From a virus (lineage: Duplodnaviria > Caudoviricetes), in the IMG/VR virus record IMGVR_UViG_3300046167_000289, positions 1-58,119 of that record: a DNA stretch of 58,119 nucleotides; one strand, written 5' to 3'. Shown piece by piece: positions 1 through 9,704 of this stretch (the stretch's first letter is position 1; each line of letters begins with the position of its first letter). The notes beneath the pieces are model-generated. The model had not been told where the DNA came from. It was given only the letters and a program-made list of their open reading frames with translations, and did no database searches. A program made the position numbers and the translations under genes.

Positions 1-408
1 TTGTGCTTTATCTCCAAACATCCAAGGTTGAATTATTTGTTCTGGTTTTCTAATATTACTACTAATAACACTTATTGGATTTTCAATAGCAATTTTATGT
101 ATCGGTGCATCCATTAACCTTTGTACAAAATCTAATGCTTCTGCTTGGTTCTTCCATCTTTCTTCATTCTTACTCCCATCTTTATTGTATAACCATCTTG
201 CACCACTAACTGCTAAAAATGTACAAGGAGGATGAGCAATCATCATATCCCAACCTTTATTTATAACCTCAAAAACATCTTGTTGATAATGCCATCCTGG
301 ATAACCTCCACTACAAGGCATTAAATCACAACTAAACGCTTCGTGTCCTAACTTTCTTAATTCTTTTGTTACTGCTTGACTTTCTTCACAAGCCACTAAT
401 ATCTTCAT
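1..408 (-). CDS. DNA cytosine-C5 methyltransferase-like protein (3' end outside window), copy A only
   Basis: Manual translation MKILVACEESQAV...DMMIAHPPCTFL...IAIENPIS; catalytic PC and EN motifs. Confidence 0.75.
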   Translation of the reverse strand, partial: MKILVACEESQAVTKELRKLGHEAFSCDLMPCSGGYPGWHYQQDVFEVINKGWDMMIAHPPCTFLAVSGARWLYNKDGSKNEERWKNQAEALDFVQRLMDAPIHKIAIENPISVISSNIRKPEQIIQPWMFGDKAQ

Positions 409-419
409 TTTATTTGTTT

Positions 420-737
420 TTAGCTATAGTAGTAATAGTTGTCTTGCTGACCTCTTTCAGCCTCGTAATAGTTCTTTGTAATCTCTATTTGGTACTCCAA
501 CAGACCTGACAAGTAACCACATATAAAAGTCAAATCTGCATCAGATAAGTCATAAGTATCTTCTCCCTCTAATATGTCTATCCTTAGCACTTCGTTTATG
601 TCAAGGAATAAGTCTATTGTATAATCTTCTCCTTCATAATAGATAGAAACCTCGTTAGGAAGTGGGTTCGAAGAAAAGCCTTCTGTTGAATATTCTGGTC
701 TTATTGATAATATCTTATCCTTTAGTTGTTCTTTCAT
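420..737 (-). CDS. Hypothetical protein (105 aa, acidic)
   Basis: ORF conserved in copy B (39154-39471). Confidence 0.8.
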   Translation of the reverse strand: MKEQLKDKILSIRPEYSTEGFSSNPLPNEVSIYYEGEDYTIDLFLDINEVLRIDILEGEDTYDLSDADLTFICGYLSGLLEYQIEITKNYYEAERGQQDNYYYYS

Positions 738-949
738 TGTTCTAATTGTTTTATTTTTAATCGAAGTGTTTCTATCTCTTTATAAAGCCTATCTTTAGTA
801 CCTGAGCCTCTTGGTGGAGGTACTGGCTTGTCTTCTGCAAAGAATGCGTAGGTAGCTTCAGTAAGCCATTCTCTATGCTCTTCGTCTCCGTGAAGTACTC
901 CATCTAAGTACTTCTCTATCAGTTCTACTGTAATCTCTTTAAATCTCAT
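734..949 (-). CDS. Hypothetical protein (71 aa), copy A only
   Basis: ORF coupled by ATGA overlap to the downstream gene. Confidence 0.7.
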   Translation of the reverse strand: MRFKEITVELIEKYLDGVLHGDEEHREWLTEATYAFFAEDKPVPPPRGSGTKDRLYKEIETLRLKIKQLEQ

Positions 950-951
950 AA

Positions 952-2583
952 TTATACGTTTAATAGGTTAAAAATAGTTTTATTAGTAATATTTAAGTTA
1001 AGTTGTCTCTTTGTCATATGCGAATCTCTGACCGCAATATAGAACATTTTATCGTTATTATCATACAAAACACCAACTTTTATTGCTTTAGCATAATCTT
1101 TATTAGAATCACCACCCTTCAATCCACCTCTTCTTCTACCCTCTGAGGTATTAGCAAACCTATGGAATATGGATGTAAAGTTAATTCTATCACTCATTTT
1201 GTTTATGTAAGAGTTAAACTGTTTTCTATGCTTAAACTTTTCACTTTGAATTGTGTTTATTCTATCTGTATTGCAAGGATAGTCTGATGACTTTAAAACA
1301 TATTGACCATTGCTATCTTTAATTTTAATCATAAGTTTAGCTATTTTGTCAAGGTATCTGTCATCATAACCAGCAAACCATTCTTTTTTAAGTTCCAATA
1401 TTGAACTAACTTTATAAGAGTTACCTCCATAGTAATATTCACTCTTAGTGTTAAACTTGCTCTTGAATGAAAAGTTAGTAGCTAACCTCTTTGAGTTTTC
1501 TGAGAAACACTTAGATAAAAAATCCTCATTAACAACTCTATGGTCATTCTCATAAGCAGCTTGTAAAGCTATAGCTTCTGGGTCTGCTACAAATAAACAA
1601 GATGTGTTATTGTGATAACCACATATCCTACCTACCAAACCTTGAGACACAGATGCACAAGTTTTATAAGTCTCTACCACAAACCTAATGTATTCTTTTG
1701 CATCACCTAAATCAATACCAGCTTTCAATGATTGACATACAATTAATATAACTCTTTTATTCTTGCATAGTATTTTAGCATCTTTTATTGACTCTGATAT
1801 AGACGAGCCTCCGTTACCTGATACTGCAACAAAAACTTTAGCATAAGGAAACCTATTAGCTAAACTACGTTTTAAAACACTTGCAGATGCTCTTGAACGA
1901 ACCCTAAGAATACCTAATCCATTCTTAAATGATTTTAAGTGATTAAGTACATTCATCATCTCATCGTTAACAATAACACCATAGTCTACCTTATTCTTTT
2001 TTCTAATCTTAGAATCTAACTCAGACAAGTACTCAAAGTTCTTAGAGTCTATAACGTTACCTGACTTTATTATATCTGAAACACCATAGTAATTACTTGG
2101 AACTTCCATCTGTATAGTATCATCAATAACACTACTGTTTATTAACTGGTAACCTGTAGCTCCAACCCATATGATAGTAACATTAGGACAGTTACTATGC
2201 AAGTCTTTTATAAATAAATCTAATCTTGAATCTTCACCTATACCAAAATGATTCTCATCAATAACAATGTACTTTATATTAAGGTCTTTAACTATCTTCT
2301 TAGGATTAGGTTCTTTAAGTAAGTTATGTATCTTTATAGCTCTAATGTTGTTAGCAGCAACTTCTGCAATATAACTATTCTGATTAAACAAATGATTGTC
2401 CATCATTCCTGATGTCAATATAAAGTTGTCATTAGGAAGCATATTAGCTAAATGAATAATAGTTCCTGTCTTACCTGACTGTGTAGGTGCAACTAAGTGT
2501 ATTCGTCTATTACCAAGACTAATTGAGTTAAACACTTTTTGTGCAGTTTTCTTTTGGTTGTCGTAAATTTTGTAATGTAACAT
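952..2583 (-). CDS. Superfamily 2 helicase/ATPase-like protein, copy A only
   Basis: APTQSGKT (Walker A), IVIDENH (DExH), GAT (III), AGIDL (V), QGLVGRICGY (VI). Confidence 0.8.
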   Translation of the reverse strand: MLHYKIYDNQKKTAQKVFNSISLGNRRIHLVAPTQSGKTGTIIHLANMLPNDNFILTSGMMDNHLFNQNSYIAEVAANNIRAIKIHNLLKEPNPKKIVKDLNIKYIVIDENHFGIGEDSRLDLFIKDLHSNCPNVTIIWVGATGYQLINSSVIDDTIQMEVPSNYYGVSDIIKSGNVIDSKNFEYLSELDSKIRKKNKVDYGVIVNDEMMNVLNHLKSFKNGLGILRVRSRASASVLKRSLANRFPYAKVFVAVSGNGGSSISESIKDAKILCKNKRVILIVCQSLKAGIDLGDAKEYIRFVVETYKTCASVSQGLVGRICGYHNNTSCLFVADPEAIALQAAYENDHRVVNEDFLSKCFSENSKRLATNFSFKSKFNTKSEYYYGGNSYKVSSILELKKEWFAGYDDRYLDKIAKLMIKIKDSNGQYVLKSSDYPCNTDRINTIQSEKFKHRKQFNSYINKMSDRINFTSIFHRFANTSEGRRRGGLKGGDSNKDYAKAIKVGVLYDNNDKMFYIAVRDSHMTKRQLNLNITNKTIFNLLNV

Positions 2584-2620
2584 AATTATTTATTTTATGG
2601 CAATCTGCCTGATTATTATA

Positions 2621-2650
2621 CAAATCTACAATACTTTTTTAAAATGACAA
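2621..2650 (-). promoter_or_regulatory. Bacteroidota-type primary-sigma promoter
   Basis: TTG-N19-TAGATTTG on minus strand; kept in copy B at 39500-39529. Confidence 0.75.
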
Positions 2651-2656
2651 TACTTT

Positions 2657-2683
2657 TTAACAAATTTTAACATTTCTTTAACA
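2657..2683 (+). promoter_or_regulatory. TTAACA direct-repeat box (3 units, 10-11 bp period)
   Basis: TTAACA at 2657, 2667, 2678; same motif inverted at 10143-10159. Confidence 0.5.
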
Positions 2684-2684
2684 T

Positions 2685-2900
2685 TTACCTGTCTACCCTA
2701 TCTTTACTTCTCAACAGTTCTATCTCCCTATTTAAGTAGTCTTGTGCCTTAATTAAGTCAAGTAGTTCATCGTGTTTCTTACCTGCTCTTGCAATATACT
2801 TGATGATATTACCTCTACAGAAGTTTAAATCGTAATCTCTTATAACATCTATGATGTCGTAATCTTTTCCGTTCTCGTAATGTGGTTGTGTTCCTCTCAT
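2685..2900 (-). CDS. DUF3310-like protein
   Basis: HY...DIIDVI...FCRGNIIKYIARAGKK...DLIKA..YL signature. Confidence 0.8.
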   Translation of the reverse strand: MRGTQPHYENGKDYDIIDVIRDYDLNFCRGNIIKYIARAGKKHDELLDLIKAQDYLNREIELLRSKDRVDR

Positions 2901-2988
2901 AATTAATTCTCTTTGATTGTAACTATTATTTTTATTATCACTATAATAAGTATTGTTATAAATATTCCCATAATATATAATTTATTGA

Positions 2989-3534
2989 TTAAAAACAGTA
3001 ACCCTCCATAGAGGTTTCTCCTAAAAAAACTTGACATTCATCTTTAGTTTTCCAACTCCAAGATTTAATCCTTAAACTAACAATCTCTCGCACTTCTTCT
3101 CTTCTATCCTCTGGAATAGTGTCTATAAGCACTTCTAAGGCATCTTTATCTTTGTTTAGTGTATTTGTATAGATATTCTGTTTAGAGTCGTTTAAACGCT
3201 TCTTTTGTGCTTGTTCTATTGTAAGAAACTCTTCAGCCTTATCATTAAAGTATACATTATATATATTTCTAAACGATGCAAATGATTTATAGTAGATACC
3301 TATTTTTTTTACTGCGTGAGTTATAGAAGAACGACCTTTTTGCACACCTCTTGTGTTAAACCAATCAGAAATCATCTCATCAGTCATAAAGTTCAAATCT
3401 TTTAGTATTTTATAGAATAATGTTCGTGTAATCATTATCTCTGTCTTCCTTGAATTGCTATTTAGCTCAATTCCTGTTAACTGTTCGTAATCTTTAGCTA
3501 AATCATCTGCTATTTGTTTATTATATCCTCTCAT
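2989..3534 (-). CDS. Putative DNA-binding protein, DnaA domain IV-like N-terminus
   Basis: SRKTEIMITRTLFY...RSSITHA resembles the DnaA C-terminal HTH pattern. Confidence 0.5.
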   Translation of the reverse strand: MRGYNKQIADDLAKDYEQLTGIELNSNSRKTEIMITRTLFYKILKDLNFMTDEMISDWFNTRGVQKGRSSITHAVKKIGIYYKSFASFRNIYNVYFNDKAEEFLTIEQAQKKRLNDSKQNIYTNTLNKDKDALEVLIDTIPEDRREEVREIVSLRIKSWSWKTKDECQVFLGETSMEGYCF

Positions 3535-3544
3535 CTTGTTTGTT

Positions 3545-3787
3545 TTAATTTAATTTGTTATTTTCTTTTATTTTATCTATTTCTATCATTGTTTTAGTGA
3601 AAGTATTGGTCTCATACCAATCTAAAGCCTTTTTTATACCAGCACAAGCCAAATAATACTCTTGTTCCTCGTAATATTCTAAAATTTCTTCTAAAATATA
3701 CTTAGGTAGACCCTCTTGAATCTCTATTATTGAATTCGAGAAGTACAACTCCACAATATACCTATCATCATCGCTTAATGTTTTCAT
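3545..3787 (-). CDS. Hypothetical protein (80 aa)
   Basis: Identical protein in copy B. Confidence 0.75.
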   Translation of the reverse strand: MKTLSDDDRYIVELYFSNSIIEIQEGLPKYILEEILEYYEEQEYYLACAGIKKALDWYETNTFTKTMIEIDKIKENNKLN

Positions 3788-4504
3788 AACAGTCTGTTTT
3801 AAGTGTTAGTAATGACTTAGCTTCATTAAACATAGATTTAGCATCGTCTCCATATATCTCCTTATACAATCTATAGGTTCTATTGACTAATGAATACTTG
3901 TTTTTAGAGTCTTTAAACAACTTTTTAGCATAAGCCTTACCATACCCCTTACAGTAGTTTATATTGTCAGCAGTATCGCCAATTATCATCTGATAGTAGA
4001 AGTTCTCATTTGCTTCTTGCTCTGAAATCTTAATTAGCTCTCTACTCTTGTAGTTGTAGTTATAAAACCAACAGGGGAATTGCTTATAGTCTTTGTCTAA
4101 TGACATTATTATTACAGAGTCAACACCATTCTTCTCTACCTCTTCTGCCCACAATGTAGCTACAACATCATCTGTTTCTACCCCATCACCATAAATTGAA
4201 TCATATGCAAGTTTAACCATATCGTGAAGTAGAGGTAGTATCTCTGGTCTCTTCTGTGTTCTGTTTAACTTGTATGTAGGAGATATATCCTTTCTAAAGT
4301 TATTCTTAGAACCATTACAAACGATAATCTCATCTATCTTTACCAATTCCTCTAAGAAAGAAATTAACTTATCAAAGCTATCCTCAAACTTATCGAAAGC
4401 TACATTTACATCAGTCTCAAATATATCATCTGAGACTCTCTATCATCTTTCCTCTTAAAGCAAGAGGCATAGATTAAACTGTCTGCATCAAATATTACCT
4501 TCAT
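3768..4504 (-). CDS. 5'-3' exonuclease (FEN/T7 gp6-like); 1-nt deletion near 4432, probably an error
   Basis: DADSL, ETDD, DKD, GDTADNI motifs; intact in copy B. Confidence 0.85.
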
Positions 4505-4651
4505 AGCTTGGTATTGATTTATTACTCTTAGGTTTTCTATAGACTCTTTTGTCATCAACCCATCCTGTAATTGGGTTTATATTGTTCTTCCAAAACTTGG
4601 TCAATCGTTGCTCTTTAGTTCGCTTCATAATGTTTTATGTTTTATTTAAAG

Positions 4652-4682
4652 CAAATCTACAAAACTATTTATAAACTTGCAA
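4652..4682 (-). promoter_or_regulatory. Bacteroidota-type promoter
   Basis: TTG-N20-TAGATTTG upstream of the exonuclease operon. Confidence 0.6.
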
Positions 4683-5162
4683 GTACTTTTTAAGTTTATT
4701 CACTACTCCTGATATACAAGGAGAGCAGCTTGTGTTAGTTTTCTGATTGGTATTGAAGATGTTATTGTGTATGGTAATCAATCTTACTTTCTGCTCATTA
4801 GTTATTTTTCTTGTATTGCTATCTACAAAATCACTTAAGTAAGTATAATCATCTTCTGAGATACAGTTTATCTTTTTATAAGTAAACAACTTGTTTAGCT
4901 TAATTTTTCTCTCATCACAACCACAATCCTCACCAGCTATAAACTTGACTAACTTGTCTACTCCTGTAGCCTTAGTAATCTTAGCTACTGTATCACCTAC
5001 ACCTTTTGATTGTGCTTCTACATTCTGCTTTAACTTACTGTAGTCTTCACTTCTCTTAGATGCTTTCCATTCTTTATACTCTCTGTAATCTTTAGACCTC
5101 TTGTCTATAGTTTCGTAGTATCCTTGTTTCTCTAATTCTAAATAATAATTATCTGGTCTCAT
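4665..5162 (-). CDS. Cys-rich hypothetical phage protein (165 aa)
   Basis: GDTVAKITKATG...DCGC...CSPC; conserved in copy B. Confidence 0.8.
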   Translation of the reverse strand: MRPDNYYLELEKQGYYETIDKRSKDYREYKEWKASKRSEDYSKLKQNVEAQSKGVGDTVAKITKATGVDKLVKFIAGEDCGCDERKIKLNKLFTYKKINCISEDDYTYLSDFVDSNTRKITNEQKVRLITIHNNIFNTNQKTNTSCSPCISGVVNKLKKYLQVYK

Positions 5163-5689
5163 ATCTTGTCAAAATCTTGGTTAAAGTAATCTATTAAATC
5201 TTCTGATAAATGTTCTCTTAATATAGCTTTTTGGTTTAGTATAGAATTATGTATAGAAGTTAATCCTATCTTAGCACCTTTAGATATTGCTCGTAACGAC
5301 AAGCCTTGTATAAAGTATAACTCAAACAACCTCCTGTCATAAACAGTCCAATCGGATATTATATTTTCTACTTGCTTCATTATAGCACTAAACGCATCGT
5401 CTTCTGCTATATCATATGGTGATTCAACAACCTCATCATTCTCTAATATCTCATAGAAAATACTATTTCTTTTATCTTTTAAATAAGAATAGTAAAGGTT
5501 TCTCAATGTAATCCATACAAAGTACCTGTTAACATCATCCTTATACATAATCCTACTCTCATCTTTCACAAGTCTGTGCATCCTCAGATACATATCTTGA
5601 ACTAAGTCTTTAGCAACATCAGTCTTACAACCTAAATTCACTAACATCTTAATCCATAACTCGTGATGAACTGCTAACTTTTCTAACAT
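5159..5689 (-). CDS. ECF-like RNA polymerase sigma factor
   Basis: Region 2-like AKDLVQDMYLR and region 4 HTH (LSLRAISKGAKIGLTSIHNSI); 176 aa. Confidence 0.8.
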   Translation of the reverse strand: MLEKLAVHHELWIKMLVNLGCKTDVAKDLVQDMYLRMHRLVKDESRIMYKDDVNRYFVWITLRNLYYSYLKDKRNSIFYEILENDEVVESPYDIAEDDAFSAIMKQVENIISDWTVYDRRLFELYFIQGLSLRAISKGAKIGLTSIHNSILNQKAILREHLSEDLIDYFNQDFDKI

Positions 5690-6084
5690 TAAATTTCTTT
5701 TATAATTATTTCTACTCTTGGGTTATCTCTATCTAATTCTGTCGGCATTATAGTCTCTTTCTTTACATAATCATCATTATCATCTTCCCAACAACCATAC
5801 TCGGTTATAGAGTCTAATAAGAACTTACTTACTACACTAATTACATTCATCTTATCTAAACGTCTTTTAGAGCCTTTATAGACCTTATAAGTTACCTCGA
5901 CAGGTGTTTGTATAGACAAGCCTTCTAACTGCTCTCTAAGAGCCTCTGAATAGGCTTTCTTGGCATCATTACTTATTCTATGATGTAAGTTCCTATATGT
6001 ATTCATATTCAAAGCAATCCTCTTATCTTTAACAGTCTTTCTCGGTAGCGTTACAAATAGAGGAGATATAATCTTATGAGTCAT
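5689..6084 (-). CDS. RusA-like Holliday junction resolvase
   Basis: RRLDKMN..SKFLLDSI...WEDD. Confidence 0.7.
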   Translation of the reverse strand: MTHKIISPLFVTLPRKTVKDKRIALNMNTYRNLHHRISNDAKKAYSEALREQLEGLSIQTPVEVTYKVYKGSKRRLDKMNVISVVSKFLLDSITEYGCWEDDNDDYVKKETIMPTELDRDNPRVEIIIKEI

Positions 6085-6475
6085 ATTCTATATATTTAGC
6101 CATTGACTCAGGTAGTTCATAAGAATACTTATCTATCTTACTGTTGTCATTAAAATCTGTAGTCTTAGGGCATTTAAAGGCTTTTACAGGTGTTTTAACG
6201 ATAGATGATATGTTCTTGGATATATTGAATACCCAAACTCCTTTTTCGTCTGTTACAACGTATAAAAACGTCTTTCCCTTTATTTGTGCTTCTTGATAAT
6301 TTCTATACATTTTCATAGCTTCAATAATTTTATCAGAATAATACTTTCTTCTGTTCTTTATTTCAACTATGTAATTAACGTCAAAAGCATCGTAACAACT
6401 ATAAGTGTCCGATGCTAATGAAAGGTTAATACCTTTAATGTTATTTAATAAATCTATAGTAGATTGCTCTGTCAT
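6074..6475 (-). CDS. PD-(D/E)XK-like nuclease
   Basis: YDAF...IVEIKNR motif. Confidence 0.6.
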   Translation of the reverse strand: MTEQSTIDLLNNIKGINLSLASDTYSCYDAFDVNYIVEIKNRRKYYSDKIIEAMKMYRNYQEAQIKGKTFLYVVTDEKGVWVFNISKNISSIVKTPVKAFKCPKTTDFNDNSKIDKYSYELPESMAKYIEYDS

Positions 6476-7191
6476 TACAAGTCCATCTTTACATTAAAAG
6501 CAGTATGACCACCTAATACAATACCGATACCAACTGCTTCTTTCTTACCTCCTTGCATATATCCCATAGCATATGATTTACTATCTATACCACAACCTAC
6601 TGCCATACCGAAGATAGCTCTTGTCTTACCAAACATCCATTCACAATAAAAGTCTGTATGGTAGTGTCCAGATACAGTAGACACCATATCTCTCTTTGCA
6701 GCCATTCTTGCTTTACCACTTTTATCTCCGTGAACATACCTAACACCATCGTAATAAACCTCTGTTACAAAGTTCCAATTAGGTGTCTCTAATACCTCAG
6801 AGAATTCCTTAATCCATTTACTTGGAATGTTAGATGATTGTGCTTTACGGATAATAATTCTATCGTGATTACCTAAAGTAACATCTGCATCTGGAAATGC
6901 TTTATACCATTTAGCTAATTTCTTTACGGCTTGTTCTAACTCAAACTTACCTCCCATACCATCTGCCGATGATTCGTGATAGCTTGAATAATGATTGTCA
7001 ATAACGTCTCCAATAAAAACAACCTTGTTACAGTTATGTATAGCATACTGTTCTTTACAGAAATCTAAATAACCATCTAAGCAAAATGGCTCGTGTAAAT
7101 CACCTATAACAAGAACTCTGTTCTCTACTTTAGTTAGGTTCTGGTAGGCTTTTAATATCTTACCTTTTAATCTTGGTCTAAAATCTTTCAT
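6475..7191 (-). CDS. Calcineurin-like metallophosphoesterase
   Basis: GDLH, GDVID, GNHD, HG, GHYH motifs. Confidence 0.9.
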   Translation of the reverse strand: MKDFRPRLKGKILKAYQNLTKVENRVLVIGDLHEPFCLDGYLDFCKEQYAIHNCNKVVFIGDVIDNHYSSYHESSADGMGGKFELEQAVKKLAKWYKAFPDADVTLGNHDRIIIRKAQSSNIPSKWIKEFSEVLETPNWNFVTEVYYDGVRYVHGDKSGKARMAAKRDMVSTVSGHYHTDFYCEWMFGKTRAIFGMAVGCGIDSKSYAMGYMQGGKKEAVGIGIVLGGHTAFNVKMDL

Positions 7192-7259
7192 AATTATATC
7201 TTATGTTATAAATATAATGCTTATTGCATAGTTTTTATTGAAAGTTATCAACATACTTA

Positions 7260-8117
7260 TTAGAAAGTAAGTATTTCGTCAGCACTAATTATCTTAGGTA
7301 GTCCATTTTCATTTAACATAAAATCAAATGATTCAAATGGTGTGTTTCTACTCCTCTTACAAGATACTGTTATACAACCAAACTTATTCTCATCTTTTTC
7401 TAATTGTATTTGTGTCTCTGCTTTCTTCTCTAAGAAACTACCTAAGTGTCCTGTTGGTTTATCTGAACCAAAGTTACTATGGATTACAGTTACAATATGA
7501 CAATTATAGACAGTTGACCAAGCCATTACTTTTTGTACAATTAAATTAGACTCCTCTAAATTATTGGCATCGCTCACTAAATCTGCAATTCCGTCAATTA
7601 CGATTAAACCTATTTCTTTACCTTCCTCTCTCATACAGTCTAAGTAATACTGTATAAAATCTATCCTATCTTTATACCCTATTTTTCTTAAAGCAAATGT
7701 ATGGTAGAAATCTAAGTTCAATCCCTTGTTCATCCATTCTATTCTTTTAAACACTCTCTGTGAGTGCCAGTCCCCTTGCTCTGTATCAAAGTGTACAAAG
7801 TGTTTATTACCTCTAAAAGAACTCATACCTTTAGTAAAATCACCATTAGGGTTACAGAATGCTGAACCTAATAAACTAACAAAAAATGTCTTCATTGACT
7901 TTGGAGGGGCTTGTATGAAGCTAAAGTTACCATAAGTTCCAATAGGTATAGGGAACTCCTTAACACTACCATCTTTAGTAACTACCTCTTTGTTCTTAAA
8001 GCTAATTGCTACAGGAGGATGTTCTATCTTTTTATTTATATCTATAGCACATTCTTCTTCTATAGATTGCATATACATTATGTGGTCGTTCTGTTCTTGT
8101 AATTCTTGTTCTGTCAT
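7260..8117 (-). CDS. AAA/RecA-family (AAA_25-like) helicase/ATPase, allele A
   Basis: APPKSMKT, FDTEQG, IVIDGIAD, VIH..GHLGS..EKKAET. Confidence 0.8.
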   Translation of the reverse strand: MTEQELQEQNDHIMYMQSIEEECAIDINKKIEHPPVAISFKNKEVVTKDGSVKEFPIPIGTYGNFSFIQAPPKSMKTFFVSLLGSAFCNPNGDFTKGMSSFRGNKHFVHFDTEQGDWHSQRVFKRIEWMNKGLNLDFYHTFALRKIGYKDRIDFIQYYLDCMREEGKEIGLIVIDGIADLVSDANNLEESNLIVQKVMAWSTVYNCHIVTVIHSNFGSDKPTGHLGSFLEKKAETQIQLEKDENKFGCITVSCKRSRNTPFESFDFMLNENGLPKIISADEILTF

Positions 8118-8257
8118 TTCTTTTTGTTTTTTTTCTTAATATACTTTAGTGCCTTAATCATTTGAATTGTAATAAATATATTTCCTAATAATGACAATAG
8201 TATTATTGACAACGATAATGATATAATTAGTATTTCTAAAATTAATTTTTGTATCAT
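8114..8257 (-). CDS. Small membrane peptide (47 aa), copy A only
   Basis: MIQKLILEILIISLSLSIILLSLLG...; hydrophobic with basic tail, overlaps helicase start. Confidence 0.45.
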   Translation of the reverse strand: MIQKLILEILIISLSLSIILLSLLGNIFITIQMIKALKYIKKKNKKK

Positions 8258-8270
8258 ATTGTTTGTTTTA

Positions 8271-8597
8271 TTAATAATTATCTCCGTTTGTAATAGTCTT
8301 AAGCCTATGACAATTAGCACATAAAGTCTGAAGATTACTTAATTTGTTGTTGTTATGATTTCCATCTATATGGTCAACATCCAACTGACAACTATGAACA
8401 GCTTTAAAGCCACAGGACTCACAGGTGTCTTTTTTATGAGACTTGTACTTAAACTTTGACCTATATTTTTTAGAGTGGCAAGACGAACAAGTCGCTCTAT
8501 ATATTTTCACTCCTTTAATAGTCTGTCTAAGTGTCTGAACGTTTTTATTACATTCGATACAAATACCTTTTATATGTGCAGGTTCTTTTTTTATCAC
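8271..8597 (-). CDS. HNH endonuclease, copy A only
   Basis: CESC...DVDHIDGNHNNN..SNLQTLCANCH. Confidence 0.9.
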   Translation of the reverse strand: MIKKEPAHIKGICIECNKNVQTLRQTIKGVKIYRATCSSCHSKKYRSKFKYKSHKKDTCESCGFKAVHSCQLDVDHIDGNHNNNKLSNLQTLCANCHRLKTITNGDNY

Positions 8598-8611
8598 TAT
8601 TCAATAATAAA

Positions 8612-8629
8612 GGGAGGCTTTCGCCTCCC
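8612..8629 (-). terminator. Hairpin terminator after SSB
   Basis: GGGAGGC/GCCTCCC stem; U tail weaker than in copy B. Confidence 0.6.
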
Positions 8630-8639
8630 AATAGTTTAA

Positions 8640-8978
8640 TTAAAATGGTAAATCGTTAGTCGCTAACTCCTCTGTTGGCACACCAATATCTGTTGCAGGT
8701 GCATTAGCTCCTGATTTAAATACTTTCCAAGCCGAAAGACTCACATAGTACTTACCATTGTATTCATTACCTCTAACGTTGAAATCTACGTCTACAGATG
8801 CTCCTACTTTGTTGTACTTGATAAAGTCATCTACCTTATCTTGTACTATTTCAAACTTAACATCTTGAGGGTACTTCTCATCATTTGTTGTAATAACAAA
8901 TTCTACTTTCTGAAATCCAGAGTCAAATACTTGTTTCTCTCCGATTAATTTAATTGTTCCTGTTAATTGTAAACTCAT
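8640..8978 (-). CDS. Single-stranded DNA-binding protein (DUF3127-like)
   Basis: YPQDVKFE, FNVRGNEYNGKYY, C-terminal DLPF. Confidence 0.85.
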   Translation of the reverse strand: MSLQLTGTIKLIGEKQVFDSGFQKVEFVITTNDEKYPQDVKFEIVQDKVDDFIKYNKVGASVDVDFNVRGNEYNGKYYVSLSAWKVFKSGANAPATDIGVPTEELATNDLPF

Positions 8979-9007
8979 AATTCTAATTTTAATTTAATTG
9001 TTAATAT

Positions 9008-9154
9008 TTATATTCCTACTTCTATTCCGTTATCTATGGTCTCTATAATGTGTCTAAACACACTTCTCTCTTGTTCACCTGTTACATCTACTCCGTTTAA
9101 GATAAGTCTGTAATGGTCTTCGTTCTCTGTTGGCTTTAGCTCTATACTATTCAT
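9008..9154 (-). CDS. Hypothetical protein (48 aa)
   Basis: MNSIELKPTE...; tightly packed and conserved at 45417-45563. Confidence 0.65.
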   Translation of the reverse strand: MNSIELKPTENEDHYRLILNGVDVTGEQERSVFRHIIETIDNGIEVGI

Positions 9155-9155
9155 A

Positions 9156-9701
9156 TTATTTAATTAAGATTTGTTTAACTTGTTTTGACATAGTGTATCT
9201 TGCTTCTACTGCTTCCATAGAACCTCCATCCTTTAAGTATTTCTTTACTTTATCAAACTCACTACTTGTTTGTGTTAATACAGTCTTAGTACTCTTAGAA
9301 TGATTGTTTGTAGCATCACTATCTTTAGTATCGTCTAATAACAATAAGTTACCTAAAGCATACTTCTTAGCGTAAGATGAGGCAGCTCCTGTTCTCTGTG
9401 GCATCTGCATACCTTTAGATTGGAAATCTATAATAGCTTGTGCAGTAGATGATACTGAACTCTCTCTATCTATAGACTCAATGTCTATAATCTTAGCTTC
9501 TGAATCTACACAAACGTGGTCTCCTAATTGAACTAACTTATCGTTAATCTTAAATACTACCTTATACTTCTCTTCGTATGGTTTAATCGCTTCTAAGATG
9601 TCTTCTGCTGAACGATAGTTGTACTTACCAAAATTGTTTCTTTGGTTCTTAGGTGCTTTTAGCTCTAATTGGATTCTCTGTAATTTTTCTAAAATGGTCA
9701 T
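9156..9701 (-). CDS. erf: ERF-family ssDNA annealing recombinase
   Basis: LKAPKNQRNNFGKYNYRSAEDILEA, GAASSYAKKYAL..L..DD.KDSD. Confidence 0.9.
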   Translation of the reverse strand: MTILEKLQRIQLELKAPKNQRNNFGKYNYRSAEDILEAIKPYEEKYKVVFKINDKLVQLGDHVCVDSEAKIIDIESIDRESSVSSTAQAIIDFQSKGMQMPQRTGAASSYAKKYALGNLLLLDDTKDSDATNNHSKSTKTVLTQTSSEFDKVKKYLKDGGSMEAVEARYTMSKQVKQILIK

Positions 9702-9704
9702 AAT

